A DNA stretch of 64,000 nucleotides from Bacteroidota bacterium (lineage in GTDB: Bacteria > Bacteroidota > Bacteroidia > Bacteroidales > JAADJA01): contig JAHLKX010000011.1 in NCBI GenBank assembly GCA_020444515.1, positions 28,862 to 92,861 on the forward strand, written 5' to 3'. How positions within the stretch are numbered: position 1 is the stretch's first letter; the number at the start of each line of letters is the position of its first letter. The notes below the pieces were generated by a model. That model had not been told where the DNA came from and did no database searches. It saw nothing but the letters and a program-made list of their open reading frames with translations. Shown here piece by piece: positions 39,812 to 50,180 of this stretch. Position numbers and translations under genes: made by a program.

Positions 39812-42094
39812 ATGAAAAGTAAATTTTATTTTTTCTTTTTACTTCTGCTTGCCGGAAGTATCCTTATCGGATCCTGCAAAAAAAAGGACGATTCAAATGA
39901 CGACAATAACAATCCTCCTGTGACGGATGACAAAGTCCCACCCCAAATTTCGGTAACCAGTCCTACATCAGACTTTGCATTTCTTACCACAGAAAGTAAC
40001 ATTACCATCAAAGGGGTAGCCAGTGATGATAAAAATGTGAATAAAGTAAAATGGGAAAACAACCAGGGACAATCAGGTACGGCGACAGGGACAACCAGTT
40101 GGGAACTATCAAATGCTTCGCTGACTGCTGGTGATAACCTATTCACCTTCATTGCTTATGACGATGCCAACAATACCGACACCGCCAAATTGCTGGTTAC
40201 CTATAATGAGGTATTCCTGTTTACAGGTCCACCGGTGATCACACCGGATGCTTTCTTCGTTAATACCGATGCCCAGGTACAGATCAAATCAGCACTGATC
40301 AATACGGAGAATGTAGTGGAAAACGGCGTTAAATTGATTCAGGTAAATGATGAAGGAATTGAGATCAACGAAGTATGCGAATTATTTGATGACGGAGACC
40401 TTAGCCATGGTGATGATATTCAGAGTGACGGGGTATTCAGCAACATTCAGTATTTCTTCGAAACTGTACCGCAAATAAAATACCTCCGGGTAAAAGTAAC
40501 CATTAATGATGCGGGGATCGATAAGAATGTATATTCAGAAATAAAATCTTTGTCGGTCGTCAATGAAATATTACAAACGGAAGTGGAAGAAATTCTGGAT
40601 GTACAGTTGGATGCTGATCAATTATTCCAGTCAACAATGGCCTCATCAGGTTTTGATGAAGCCATTGCACAAACCCTTGATTACCTTGAAGGTCAATCCA
40701 ATGTTACCGGAGCAGGACAGACAGCTTCAGGAGATATCTGGATTGAATTTGAATATGGTTTGCCGGGGATGATCCTTACCACTGAAGAAGGCAATGAAGG
40801 TGGTAGCAGTGACAAAAAAAGGGCTACCACAGCAACCGTTCCGATTAGCCAGCAAAGCCGGGGTGTAAATGCTACCTACGGTTTTAAATCGGCACAAAGT
40901 GATGAAAATGCTGTGCTGGATAAAGATGTCATGTTGTTTGCTCCAAACTGGGTTCAATTCAATAGTTGGGGTACAGAATTCCTTGATAATGTGAACAATA
41001 TCATCGATGCCTCCGAGTGTCCCAATTTCGATATTGATTATATGAAAAATGAGGATGCCAATCTGGAAGCCATCCGATCATTTTATGATTATGGATTGAT
41101 CGTTATTCATACCCATGGTGGGCTCGATAAAAATAATAATGTGATATTCCTCACCGGCGATGAAGTTGAATATGTAAGCCTTGACATCCTTGACTGGTTG
41201 CTCGATCGCATCATGCCGATACCACATCAGGGCAAATCATTATGGGCCGCCAAACCCTCTTACATTGCTGCTTATAATGATTATTTCCCAAATTCCATTG
41301 TTTATAATGGATCTTGCGAGAGTGCGCACAACACCACCATGTCCGATGCATTTATCAACAAAGGTGCATCCACCTATTTTGGATTCTCAGAAACGGTAAA
41401 ATCGTGGTTCGACCGGGATATGGCCAACCAACTGTTCCCCGAGCTGATCACCAACAATAAATCTACAGGGGAAGCTTTCGTCCCGGGTCAGCACGACAAC
41501 AATGATCCTGCAGCATATTTCGTCATGATTGGAAATGATGAAGCGCATTTTGCTTCCGATTTTGCCAATGGCGATTTTGAAGAAGGCGATCTCACCGGAT
41601 GGAATACCTTTGGCGATGGACGGGTAATTACCCAGCTGGGCTTCATTGCACCATACGGAGGAAATTTCATGGGTATTATATCCACGGGTCTTGGCTATAC
41701 TACCGAAACAGGTTCAATCAGTCAAAATTTCTGTGTCCCGGAAGGAGTTACAACCTTAACCTTAAACTGGAATTACCTGTCGGAAGAGTTTCTCGAATGG
41801 GTAGGATCAGGGTACCAGGACTATTTCCAAATATCTGTGATAGATGAATTTGGATTTGAGGATGTATTGTATTATAAATCAATCGATGACATTTATAATG
41901 AATTCCCTCTAACCCTGGTTTCTCCAGATATCGTATTTGACCAGGGAGATGTATATTATACTGACTGGCAATACCTTGAACTGGATATATCACTTTATGC
42001 CGGAACCGGCATTACACTGGTTCTTTCATCGGGAGATGTGGGCGACAGTATTTATGACACAGCCATTCTTCTTGATGATATTACCATTTATTAA
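39812..42094 (+). CDS. Surface lipoprotein: Ig-like domains, putative caspase/gingipain-fold protease domain and C-terminal jelly-roll
   Basis: Lipobox LIGSC followed by KKKDD; PPQISVTSP Ig-like domain; LFDDG...GDDIQSDGVFS; IVIHTHGG...VYNGSCES...FINKGASTYFGF; NGDFEEGDLTGW...GDVGDSIYDTAILLDDI. Confidence 0.7.
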   Translation: MKSKFYFFFLLLLAGSILIGSCKKKDDSNDDNNNPPVTDDKVPPQISVTSPTSDFAFLTTESNITIKGVASDDKNVNKVKWENNQGQSGTATGTTSWELSNASLTAGDNLFTFIAYDDANNTDTAKLLVTYNEVFLFTGPPVITPDAFFVNTDAQVQIKSALINTENVVENGVKLIQVNDEGIEINEVCELFDDGDLSHGDDIQSDGVFSNIQYFFETVPQIKYLRVKVTINDAGIDKNVYSEIKSLSVVNEILQTEVEEILDVQLDADQLFQSTMASSGFDEAIAQTLDYLEGQSNVTGAGQTASGDIWIEFEYGLPGMILTTEEGNEGGSSDKKRATTATVPISQQSRGVNATYGFKSAQSDENAVLDKDVMLFAPNWVQFNSWGTEFLDNVNNIIDASECPNFDIDYMKNEDANLEAIRSFYDYGLIVIHTHGGLDKNNNVIFLTGDEVEYVSLDILDWLLDRIMPIPHQGKSLWAAKPSYIAAYNDYFPNSIVYNGSCESAHNTTMSDAFINKGASTYFGFSETVKSWFDRDMANQLFPELITNNKSTGEAFVPGQHDNNDPAAYFVMIGNDEAHFASDFANGDFEEGDLTGWNTFGDGRVITQLGFIAPYGGNFMGIISTGLGYTTETGSISQNFCVPEGVTTLTLNWNYLSEEFLEWVGSGYQDYFQISVIDEFGFEDVLYYKSIDDIYNEFPLTLVSPDIVFDQGDVYYTDWQYLELDISLYAGTGITLVLSSGDVGDSIYDTAILLDDITIY

Positions 42095-42099
42095 TCAAG

Positions 42100-42564
42100 A
42101 TGAAAAGCGTATTGCTGAATTTCGTTGTTTTGTTCCTTCTCTACGGAAGTTGTAATCAAATGCAAAGTAATCAGCAGGACATGGATTCACCCGGATACAC
42201 CCTTCTTTTAAACGGAGCGGTCATCCAGGTGGATCCTGGTCTTTATCACCAGGTTGATTCTGTCATTCGTGAAACGCTCGAATCGTGTGACGACCTGTAC
42301 GAACAAATTGTAATGCCTTCATTCATTGATGACCTGAAGCAAGCCGATTACCTGGAATTGATTTATGATGAACCCATCAATATCAATCTAATGCAAGGGG
42401 GTGATTTGATCGTATCTAAAATATTGATCCCCCTTTCGGGCAAATTCAGAAACAACAATGAACTTACGTTCATTTGTGGCAGTCCGGAATATTCATCACC
42501 TCCTTATGTAAATAGCAAAGGATATGATCAACTGGAACCTTTGCTTAATAAAATGAAACCTTGA
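42100..42564 (+). CDS. Small lipoprotein of unknown function
   Basis: Signal peptide with LYGSC lipobox; starts 5 nt after the upstream gene. Confidence 0.7.
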   Translation: MKSVLLNFVVLFLLYGSCNQMQSNQQDMDSPGYTLLLNGAVIQVDPGLYHQVDSVIRETLESCDDLYEQIVMPSFIDDLKQADYLELIYDEPININLMQGGDLIVSKILIPLSGKFRNNNELTFICGSPEYSSPPYVNSKGYDQLEPLLNKMKP

Positions 42565-42567
42565 TCT

Positions 42568-42593
42568 AAAACCCTGACCATGGTCAGGGTTTT
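42568..42593. terminator. Perfect 26-bp palindrome, probable bidirectional terminator
   Basis: AAAACCCTGACCA|TGGTCAGGGTTTT; the right arm includes the stop codon of the K+ channel gene. Confidence 0.7.
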
Positions 42594-43600
42594 TTACTGG
42601 AAAGTATCGTACGCATGCTGCTGATTTGATCAGGTGTGCCCAGCACAAATAATTTGGATCCCGGGAAAACCTTCATATCCGGGGTGGGGTTCAGAATATA
42701 TCTACCATCCGGTGTTTTAAATCCTATGATATTGGCTCCCGTTCTTCGCCTGATGGCATATTCCCCAATGGTCTTGACCCCTTCATCATCTGAAAGGGCT
42801 GAACATTCAAACTCCTCCAGTGCTGTGGGATCCTGTCCATGAACCGATAAGTGATCCATGAATTCAATGACATCCGGCCGGGTAACCAGGCTTGCCATGT
42901 GAGCCCCTCCCACCCTTTCGGGCATTACAACATTATCAACCCCTGCCATCCGGAGCTTAATTTCAGAGTTTTCATTAGAAGCCCGGCTAATGATCTCCAG
43001 ATTTGGATTTAAAGCCCTTGCCGTTAAAACAACATACAGGTTATCGGCATCAATGGGCAAAGTGGTGATGAGGGCGCGGGCGGTTTTGATATTGGCTTTC
43101 AACAGAACCTCATCCTGTGTTGAGTCACCCTCAATAATCCCAATTGATCTATCTTCAATCTTAATGACGACATCATGGCTCTGATCAATGACCACAAAAG
43201 AATGATGGTGAGCCTTCAGTTCCTTAGCCACTTGCTGACCATTTCGGCCATAACCGCAAATAATAACATGATTTTGCATTTTTTTGAAAGTTTTGGAACC
43301 ATAACCCCTGATGATAAAATTCAATTGCCCTTCGAAAAAGTGGGTGGATATGGTTGTCAGGGCATAAGCATACGTTGTAAAACTTGAAATAATAAGAAAT
43401 ATGGTGAATATCTTCCCCCCCTGGCTCAGTTTATGAATCTCGCCAAAACCAACAGTTGATATGGTGATAACTGTCATGTAAAGCGCATCCAGCAAGGAGT
43501 CCCCTTCGATGACCATATAACCTGTGATACCAATAACCAGGATGGTCAGTAACATTAACAAACCGATGAGGATTTTTGTGCGACTACTAAGCCTTTCCAT
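42584..43600 (-). CDS. Potassium channel protein (2-TM pore + RCK/TrkA domains)
   Basis: TISTVGFGE filter, ICGYGRNG Rossmann motif, GDST, TrkA-C; likely start MERLSS at 43600, with TATCTTTG at 43616-43623. Confidence 0.92.
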   Translation of the reverse strand: MERLSSRTKILIGLLMLLTILVIGITGYMVIEGDSLLDALYMTVITISTVGFGEIHKLSQGGKIFTIFLIISSFTTYAYALTTISTHFFEGQLNFIIRGYGSKTFKKMQNHVIICGYGRNGQQVAKELKAHHHSFVVIDQSHDVVIKIEDRSIGIIEGDSTQDEVLLKANIKTARALITTLPIDADNLYVVLTARALNPNLEIISRASNENSEIKLRMAGVDNVVMPERVGGAHMASLVTRPDVIEFMDHLSVHGQDPTALEEFECSALSDDEGVKTIGEYAIRRRTGANIIGFKTPDGRYILNPTPDMKVFPGSKLFVLGTPDQISSMRTILSSKKP

Positions 43601-43654
43601 TAAACTGATTTTAAGCAAAGATAAAAAAATGGATCCAATCCCTTTCGGAAATTT

Positions 43655-44932
43655 TTATTCCGTGCCCCCGTTGATCAAACGGGCTCCAATGGCACAATGT
43701 AAACATCGTTTGGAATCGCAATAAGCTTGTTTGAGTTCAATCAGGGCTTGTGTAAGAAATGCCGACCGGATATTCATTCCCAATTCTTTCCATTGACGGA
43801 TCATGGAATTGGATTCTCCGGGTACCTGGTCGAGAAACTTGAGCGCTCGATCAACATAGTCAGGCAGCCCTCTGAGTTTCCCATAGGCAAATAAAAATGG
43901 GATAACAGTATTGATCAGGATCAAGTTGATTCCCGCTTTACCGAGTTTCTTGGCCTTTCCTCTATTCAGTTTTCCAAAAGTATAATGATCAGTCCAGTAT
44001 GCAGAAGCATTGCATTGAAACAATAAAGTCAGCTCCCTGATGGTTTCCGCTTCCAGTATCCGTGACCATAAGTGGGAGGATTGATGGATCAAAGCTGAAA
44101 ATTGCGAAAGACGGATCGTGGGAAAGTTGGAGGGGCGCAAACGCATAAAACGCCAAATATGGCCATCCAGGGGTTTCAAATTGTATTTAGTCGCCAAAAA
44201 TTCATATTCTCTTTTCAATTTAAGATAATACTCATCTTTACTTTTAACTGATAACATTCCGGCCTGACCGAATAGCAATGCCTCAATCTGATCCGGATGG
44301 TCCTTGTGTTTAGCCAGTATATTCATGGGTAACGAACGGGCCAGGAGTTCAAAAGGCAGGGCATTGACCCGAAACCCGAAATTGCGTGCCAGCATCTGGT
44401 AGAACGTCTCAGACCAGTTCCTGCTATTGAATTCCAACCGTTCGTTGATTTCATGGGTACGGTGCTCCAATCGCTCCACTAAAACCCTGTCGATCCAGTT
44501 GTTACGGGTAAACCGATCGACTGTACCGATCAGTGGAGCACATGGGATCCAGGATTTGTTTCTCATTAGCAGTTGATAATTTTGCAACAACCTTTCCTCA
44601 AATTTCCCTGACAATTCAACAGTCGGTATGGACTCACCTGATTTGCGCCTGACAGTTTTGTCTTCCAGAAATACCACATGCAAAATAATGTTGTCATAAA
44701 CTTCATCATGATGATGATCATGCCGATACCAGTCGCTGGCATGGATATGGACCTCAACGTTCCCGGCCCAGAGTGTCCCATCAATGCGAATACGCGCATC
44801 CAGGAAATCCGGACCTGAATGGGTATTGTGCAATCCCGGCTTAACTATAACACACGATTCACCGGTTGTGAGCAGGAGGGGTTGTTCGATCAGCCCAAAC
44901 TTCCACAGAAAGTGTAAAAAATCTTCTGTCAT
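43655..44932 (-). CDS. DUF2851 family protein
   Basis: MTEDFLHFLW, GPDFLDARI, WAGNVEVH, RLRPSNFPTIRLSQ, C-terminal CxxCAIG. Confidence 0.92.
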   Translation of the reverse strand: MTEDFLHFLWKFGLIEQPLLLTTGESCVIVKPGLHNTHSGPDFLDARIRIDGTLWAGNVEVHIHASDWYRHDHHHDEVYDNIILHVVFLEDKTVRRKSGESIPTVELSGKFEERLLQNYQLLMRNKSWIPCAPLIGTVDRFTRNNWIDRVLVERLEHRTHEINERLEFNSRNWSETFYQMLARNFGFRVNALPFELLARSLPMNILAKHKDHPDQIEALLFGQAGMLSVKSKDEYYLKLKREYEFLATKYNLKPLDGHIWRFMRLRPSNFPTIRLSQFSALIHQSSHLWSRILEAETIRELTLLFQCNASAYWTDHYTFGKLNRGKAKKLGKAGINLILINTVIPFLFAYGKLRGLPDYVDRALKFLDQVPGESNSMIRQWKELGMNIRSAFLTQALIELKQAYCDSKRCLHCAIGARLINGGTE

Positions 44933-45140
44933 GGTTAATAATCTTATGGCAATCTAAAATACGGAAAAATACTCAGATCCCGAAAAGTTAAAACCAAATA
45001 TTAATTGAAAAAACGAGAAATTGATTGAATGACGGATGCATTTATTTTTGGTGTTAAACCATTAACAATTTAAAACATGCCAATGGTAAGCTGAAATTAA
45101 CAATTTGAAAGGTACCTGTTAAAACCGGAAGCATCTTTAG

Positions 45141-45148
45141 TATATTTG
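45141..45148 (+). promoter_or_regulatory. Bacteroidota sigmaA -7 element
   Basis: TATATTTG upstream of the kinase gene. Confidence 0.55.
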
Positions 45149-45182
45149 CATAAGAACAAGCAAACACTGTAAAACAACAAAA

Positions 45183-47117
45183 ATGCGATCTTTTCGCTTT
45201 ATCTCTGTAATTATCCTTTTTATCGCTATTGACTGTGTTCAGGCACAGGTCAAACAGGATATTGATAGTTTATATCAGCGATTGAATTCCACACTTGACG
45301 ATACAGCCCGTATCGGAACCTTAAGTCGTTTATCGAACCTTATGCTTAAAACCAAGCAGGTCGAAAAAGCAGATTCGTTGATTGAAGTTGCGGAAAAAAT
45401 CATTCAAAATAAAAATTTAAGTACCCCTTATACATTGCACTGGGCAAGGTTTAACCTGTATTTTGAAAAAAAGGAATTGGAAAAGGCCCTCGAGGAAATC
45501 GAAATAACCATCAGTCAACTTGAAGCGGCTGACCACAAGCACCAACTGGCCAAAGCCCGGAATTACAAAGCCATGATTTTCCTTTATTGGGGTCGCTTCA
45601 AAGAAAGCATTGAAGTTTATGAGCAAAACATTGCCTTTATTAAAAAACACAAACTGGATGATCTGCTTCCTTCGGCTTATAGCGGCCTGTCACATGTTTA
45701 TCGCAACATTGGCAATATAGAGGAGATGCGCAAAACGCTCGTATTCATGGCAGATGCTGCCAGCAAGACTGACAATGACTGGATGGAAGCAGATGCATGG
45801 TTCCGGCTGGGAGACATTGGAATGGAATACGACAGTAATTTCGTGTATGCCATTCAACAATATAAAAGAAGTTTAAAAATTTACAAGCAACTTCAGGATT
45901 CTGCCATGACCGCCTTTTTAATTCTCAGAATTGGCTGGAATCAATACCTCAACGGGGACCTCGATTCCGCCCTGAACAGCTTCCTGTATTCGCTTGAATA
46001 CAGCCTGCCAATCAACCGGCTTACAGCGATCACCAATGCCTATGGTAATATTGGTACCATTTACCGGGATAAAAAAGCATATTCAAAAGCCATTGATTAC
46101 TACAAGAAAAGCATCGAATACTCCCATAAAGCACATGACTGGTACAATCTTTCGTGGCTCCATGAAGATATGGCCAAAATGTTTGCCAATATGGGCAAAT
46201 ACAAAGCAGCCTATGAGAATCATATCCTCCACAAGAAGTTCAGTGATTCGCTTGAAATGAGAAAATACAATGCCCAGCTGACGCAAGCCAGAACAAAATA
46301 TGAAACGGAGGCGGCTAAGCAGCAACTCGAACTGCTCACCCTTAAACTTAATCAGCATAAATTTTACACTTATGGATTTGCTGGCTTGATCATCATTGCC
46401 GTTGTAATCGGATTCCTTGTCTTCAGGCAGATTCGGGTCAACAGTAAGCGTAAGATTACTGAGATGAATCACAAAATATCGGAGATCACTCAAAAAAATC
46501 TTCGACAGCAAATGAATCCGCATTTTATTTTTAATACACTGAATTCGATTCAATATTACATGTATCAGCACGATAAAATCTCTACAAACAATTACCTCAC
46601 AAAATTTTCGATGCTGATGCGCAAAACGCTTGAAAACTCGCAGCACACAGCCATTCCCATCAAAGATGAACTGGATGCCCTGGAACTCTATCTTGAACTT
46701 GAATCTCTGCGTTTTAAAGAAAAATTCGACTACAAGATTGAGGTAGATGAAGATATTGATGTTTTGATTCATAAAATCCCCACCATGCTAATCCAGCCTT
46801 ATGTGGAAAATGCCATTTGTCACGGACTTATGAATAAAGAAGATAAAGGGTTTCTGCATGTTGGACTAAAATTGAAAGAAGGTTTTATCGCCTGTACCAT
46901 CGAAGACAATGGTGTCGGAAGAGAAGCAGCCATGGAAATTAAAGAGACCAAAAACAAAAACCATAACTCGCTGGGAACAAAAATAACCGAGTCGAGGCTG
47001 AATCTTGTCAATTCATTGTATGGTAAAAATATGAAGATCGAATACACCGATTTGAAGAATGATGCAGGAGAGGCAAGCGGAACCCGTGTTGTCATTCAGA
47101 TACCAGTCATGACCTGA
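45183..47117 (+). CDS. TPR-containing LytS/YehU-type sensor histidine kinase
   Basis: Signal peptide, TPR repeats, one TM, QQMNPHFIFNTLNSI, LIQPYVENAICHG, IEDNGVG. Confidence 0.93.
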   Translation: MRSFRFISVIILFIAIDCVQAQVKQDIDSLYQRLNSTLDDTARIGTLSRLSNLMLKTKQVEKADSLIEVAEKIIQNKNLSTPYTLHWARFNLYFEKKELEKALEEIEITISQLEAADHKHQLAKARNYKAMIFLYWGRFKESIEVYEQNIAFIKKHKLDDLLPSAYSGLSHVYRNIGNIEEMRKTLVFMADAASKTDNDWMEADAWFRLGDIGMEYDSNFVYAIQQYKRSLKIYKQLQDSAMTAFLILRIGWNQYLNGDLDSALNSFLYSLEYSLPINRLTAITNAYGNIGTIYRDKKAYSKAIDYYKKSIEYSHKAHDWYNLSWLHEDMAKMFANMGKYKAAYENHILHKKFSDSLEMRKYNAQLTQARTKYETEAAKQQLELLTLKLNQHKFYTYGFAGLIIIAVVIGFLVFRQIRVNSKRKITEMNHKISEITQKNLRQQMNPHFIFNTLNSIQYYMYQHDKISTNNYLTKFSMLMRKTLENSQHTAIPIKDELDALELYLELESLRFKEKFDYKIEVDEDIDVLIHKIPTMLIQPYVENAICHGLMNKEDKGFLHVGLKLKEGFIACTIEDNGVGREAAMEIKETKNKNHNSLGTKITESRLNLVNSLYGKNMKIEYTDLKNDAGEASGTRVVIQIPVMT

Positions 47118-47136
47118 TTTGATTAAATGAATTTAT

Positions 47137-47895
47137 ATGGATCCATTAAAAACCATTATCGTTGACGACGAAAAAGATGCAGTGAATTTTATTCATTCCA
47201 TTGTGAATGAATATTGCCCGAAACTGGAGGTTGTGGGTACGGCACATTCAGCCAAAGAAGGATCAAAGCTGATCATCGATAAAAATCCGGATTTGGTTTT
47301 TCTGGATGTTGAAATGCCACAGGGGAGTGGATTCGATCTGCTGGCTAATTTTCCTGGCAAGGCCTTCGATGTGATCTTTATAACAGCCTTTAATCACTAT
47401 GCTATCAAAGCCATCAAGTTCAGCGCGGTGGATTATATCCTCAAACCGATCAACATCAATGAGTTTATCAGCGCCGTGGATAAGGTACTTGATAAAAAAA
47501 ACTCCAATCAACATCGCCATACCGATTTTACCACCCTCCTGGAAAATGTACGATCAACACTTCCGGGTAAACTGGCCATTCCGACTTCCGAAGGGATGGA
47601 ATACCTCAATACCAAAGAGATCATTCGCATTGAAGCCGATCGCAGTTATTCCTGGTTTTATTTGATGGATCGAAGAAAATTATTGGTTTCCAGAAATTTG
47701 AAAGAATACCAGGAGCTTTTATCCGACCGCAATTTTTTCCGTACCCACAATTCCCACCTGATCAATCTGGAGCATGTGAAAAAGTATATCCGTCATGAAG
47801 GTGGAGCCATCGAACTGGTGGACGGATCACAGGTACCCATATCCCGCGGCAAAAAAGATCTTTTCTTATTGCAGATGGCCAAATTATCCCGGTAA
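47137..47895 (+). CDS. LytTR-family response regulator
   Basis: IIVDDE, FLDVEMP, ITAF, YILKP; FFRTHNSHLIN LytTR motif. Confidence 0.95.
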   Translation: MDPLKTIIVDDEKDAVNFIHSIVNEYCPKLEVVGTAHSAKEGSKLIIDKNPDLVFLDVEMPQGSGFDLLANFPGKAFDVIFITAFNHYAIKAIKFSAVDYILKPININEFISAVDKVLDKKNSNQHRHTDFTTLLENVRSTLPGKLAIPTSEGMEYLNTKEIIRIEADRSYSWFYLMDRRKLLVSRNLKEYQELLSDRNFFRTHNSHLINLEHVKKYIRHEGGAIELVDGSQVPISRGKKDLFLLQMAKLSR

Positions 47896-48018
47896 AAAAT
47901 CAAATGCCCATTACCTCTTTTCACAATGTTAAAACTTCGTTTTTAGTTGATTTTGAGCTTTTTATTTCGTATATTTAGGAGCTTCAGATAATCAATAATT
48001 TCTCAAAACTCCAAAATC

Positions 48019-50154
48019 ATGAAAAATCAAATCAATCGCCATTGGGTGTTTTGCTTCGCCAGGGCAATAACACTATTTTTGATCGGGATGCTTTGCATCT
48101 CTCTGTCTGGCATGGCGCAACCACAATCTTTCAATTTCCAGGCCGTTCTCAGGAATTCTGAGGGGCATATACTGGCAGATCAAAATGTTGGAATACAAGC
48201 AAGCATTTTGCAAGGTGGACCATCTGGTCCTGCGGTATATTGTGAAACCCACAGTTTGATTACCACTTCAGCAGGCGTCATTGATATTAAAATCGGAAAC
48301 GGTACGGTTGTATTGGGTATATTTCACGATATTGAATGGGAATCTGATGACTTTTTTATTCAAATCGCGTTGGATGAAACCGGAGGAACCAATTATCAGT
48401 TGATGGGAGTAAGCAAGCTCCTTTCAGTTCCTTATGCTTTGCATGCCCATACAGCAAATGAAATGGTGTTACCCTTTTATCAGCAAACCTCAACCATCAA
48501 TTCTGCCTTTACCATCATCAATGATGCTGATGGAATTGCCATTGAAGGCCAAAACAGCAATCATGAAACCATCGGGTACCTGGGCACGCCCAATCATGGT
48601 GTTTTCGGTCAGCACCCTAACGGGTATTATGGACATATCGGTAGTTCTACCAGCGCTCTTTATGGAGCATATACAGGTCCTGTCGGATCCGGCACATACG
48701 GTTTAATTGCCGACCCGGGGGTTGGTGTAAGCGGGTTCAATGCAGAAGAAGGAACCTCGGGTTCACTTGCAACCTATTCTTATGGCGTCAGGGGCAACCA
48801 CTCAAATGGAAACTTCGGCTACCTGGGTAGCAATGACTATGGTATTTATGGCGAGCATGGCATCGGCAACTATGGATATTTGGGTGGACAATACCATGGT
48901 GTTTATGGTTATGGCGCTTCGGGTCATGCCGGCTATTTTGAAGGGAACACTTATGTTAGCGGAGACCTTGGGATCGGCTACGAATCACCCATGGAGAAAC
49001 TGGATGTAGATGGGTTTATTAGAACCAGCATGGGTTACAAATTCCCGGACGGGAGTCTTCAGACTTCGGCCGGCCAACTAATTCTACCATTGACAGATAC
49101 CGCCTCTGCTCCGGAATCTGCAGTCTTTGAAATCGTAGGCACTTCATGTCAGGCTGTTGTTCGGGGTAAAATTAACTTTGAAGGAACTTTTGGAGAATTG
49201 GGTGCTTCTCATTTTGACGCTCCCGATCCTTTTGGTGTTTTCGGGCAAACCGAATCAGGATATGGAGTTATGGGCAGGTATACATCCAATGGAAGGTTTG
49301 GATACCTGGGAGGCAGTCAATATGCAGTATATGGGCAGGATGCGGATGGAATCCACCGCGGGCACTTGGGAAGCAACGCTGCTGCCGTAAGAGGTGATTA
49401 TTATCATTTAGGTTATGGATATAATATCTATGGAATTTTAGGAACAGGTGCTTTTGGAGTTTATGGAAACAACCCGGAAGGGCCTGGAACATCTGGTTAT
49501 ATTGCAAGTTATAATATTGCTGTGGCTGGGATAAATGGTGACTACGTCAGTGGATATCTCGGAGACACCCAACATGATATGATGGGTTATGGAGTATATG
49601 GCATCCATGATATAGGAAACTCAGGTTATTTGGGCGGATGGTTTCATGGTGTTTATGGCCAAAGTGTATCAGGGAATATTGGATACCTGGCAGGATTTGA
49701 TAATGCTGTTTATGGATCATCAACATCAGGTTTTGCCGCTTATTTTGAGGGGAAAGGTTACTTCAGTAATAACCTGGGAATCGGCACGGATACGCCGGCT
49801 AAACCATTACACCTGGTAAGTGAATACGATCAGCCATTATTAATAGAATCAACCGATCAATACTCCGGAATTGAGTTAAAAGACCCAACAACTACCGTTA
49901 CTCCTAAATTAATGGCAGATGGAGATCATATTTATTTCCAAACAGATGGAACTACAAGGATGAAAATATTATCAAATGGGCATGTAGGCATCAATACTTC
50001 TGATCCTCAAGCAACCCTGCATATCAACGACCTCATGATGCTCGAACCGCGCACCGCTGCGCCAGCATCACCCCAGGAAGGCATGATCTATTATGATGAA
50101 ACAACCCATAAATTGAGGGTTTATAATGGCACTGGTTGGCACGACTGCTTTTGA
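48019..50154 (+). CDS. Secreted Gly-rich repeat, fibre/tail-fibre-like protein
   Basis: Signal peptide; PQSFNFQAVLRN...SVPYALHA head; GYLG/GVYG repeats in two blocks; LGIGTDTP, VGINTSDP; C-terminal EGMIYYD...LRVYNGTGW. Confidence 0.7.
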   Translation: MKNQINRHWVFCFARAITLFLIGMLCISLSGMAQPQSFNFQAVLRNSEGHILADQNVGIQASILQGGPSGPAVYCETHSLITTSAGVIDIKIGNGTVVLGIFHDIEWESDDFFIQIALDETGGTNYQLMGVSKLLSVPYALHAHTANEMVLPFYQQTSTINSAFTIINDADGIAIEGQNSNHETIGYLGTPNHGVFGQHPNGYYGHIGSSTSALYGAYTGPVGSGTYGLIADPGVGVSGFNAEEGTSGSLATYSYGVRGNHSNGNFGYLGSNDYGIYGEHGIGNYGYLGGQYHGVYGYGASGHAGYFEGNTYVSGDLGIGYESPMEKLDVDGFIRTSMGYKFPDGSLQTSAGQLILPLTDTASAPESAVFEIVGTSCQAVVRGKINFEGTFGELGASHFDAPDPFGVFGQTESGYGVMGRYTSNGRFGYLGGSQYAVYGQDADGIHRGHLGSNAAAVRGDYYHLGYGYNIYGILGTGAFGVYGNNPEGPGTSGYIASYNIAVAGINGDYVSGYLGDTQHDMMGYGVYGIHDIGNSGYLGGWFHGVYGQSVSGNIGYLAGFDNAVYGSSTSGFAAYFEGKGYFSNNLGIGTDTPAKPLHLVSEYDQPLLIESTDQYSGIELKDPTTTVTPKLMADGDHIYFQTDGTTRMKILSNGHVGINTSDPQATLHINDLMMLEPRTAAPASPQEGMIYYDETTHKLRVYNGTGWHDCF

Positions 50155-50180
50155 GGATCCAATTTTGTTAAATAAATAAC

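Noticed and set aside
48550-49760. Periodic GGxTAT/GGxGTT DNA pattern as a CRISPR or DGR repeat
   Set aside because: Explained by protein-level Gly-Tyr repeats; there are no identical spaced repeats, cas genes or reverse transcriptase
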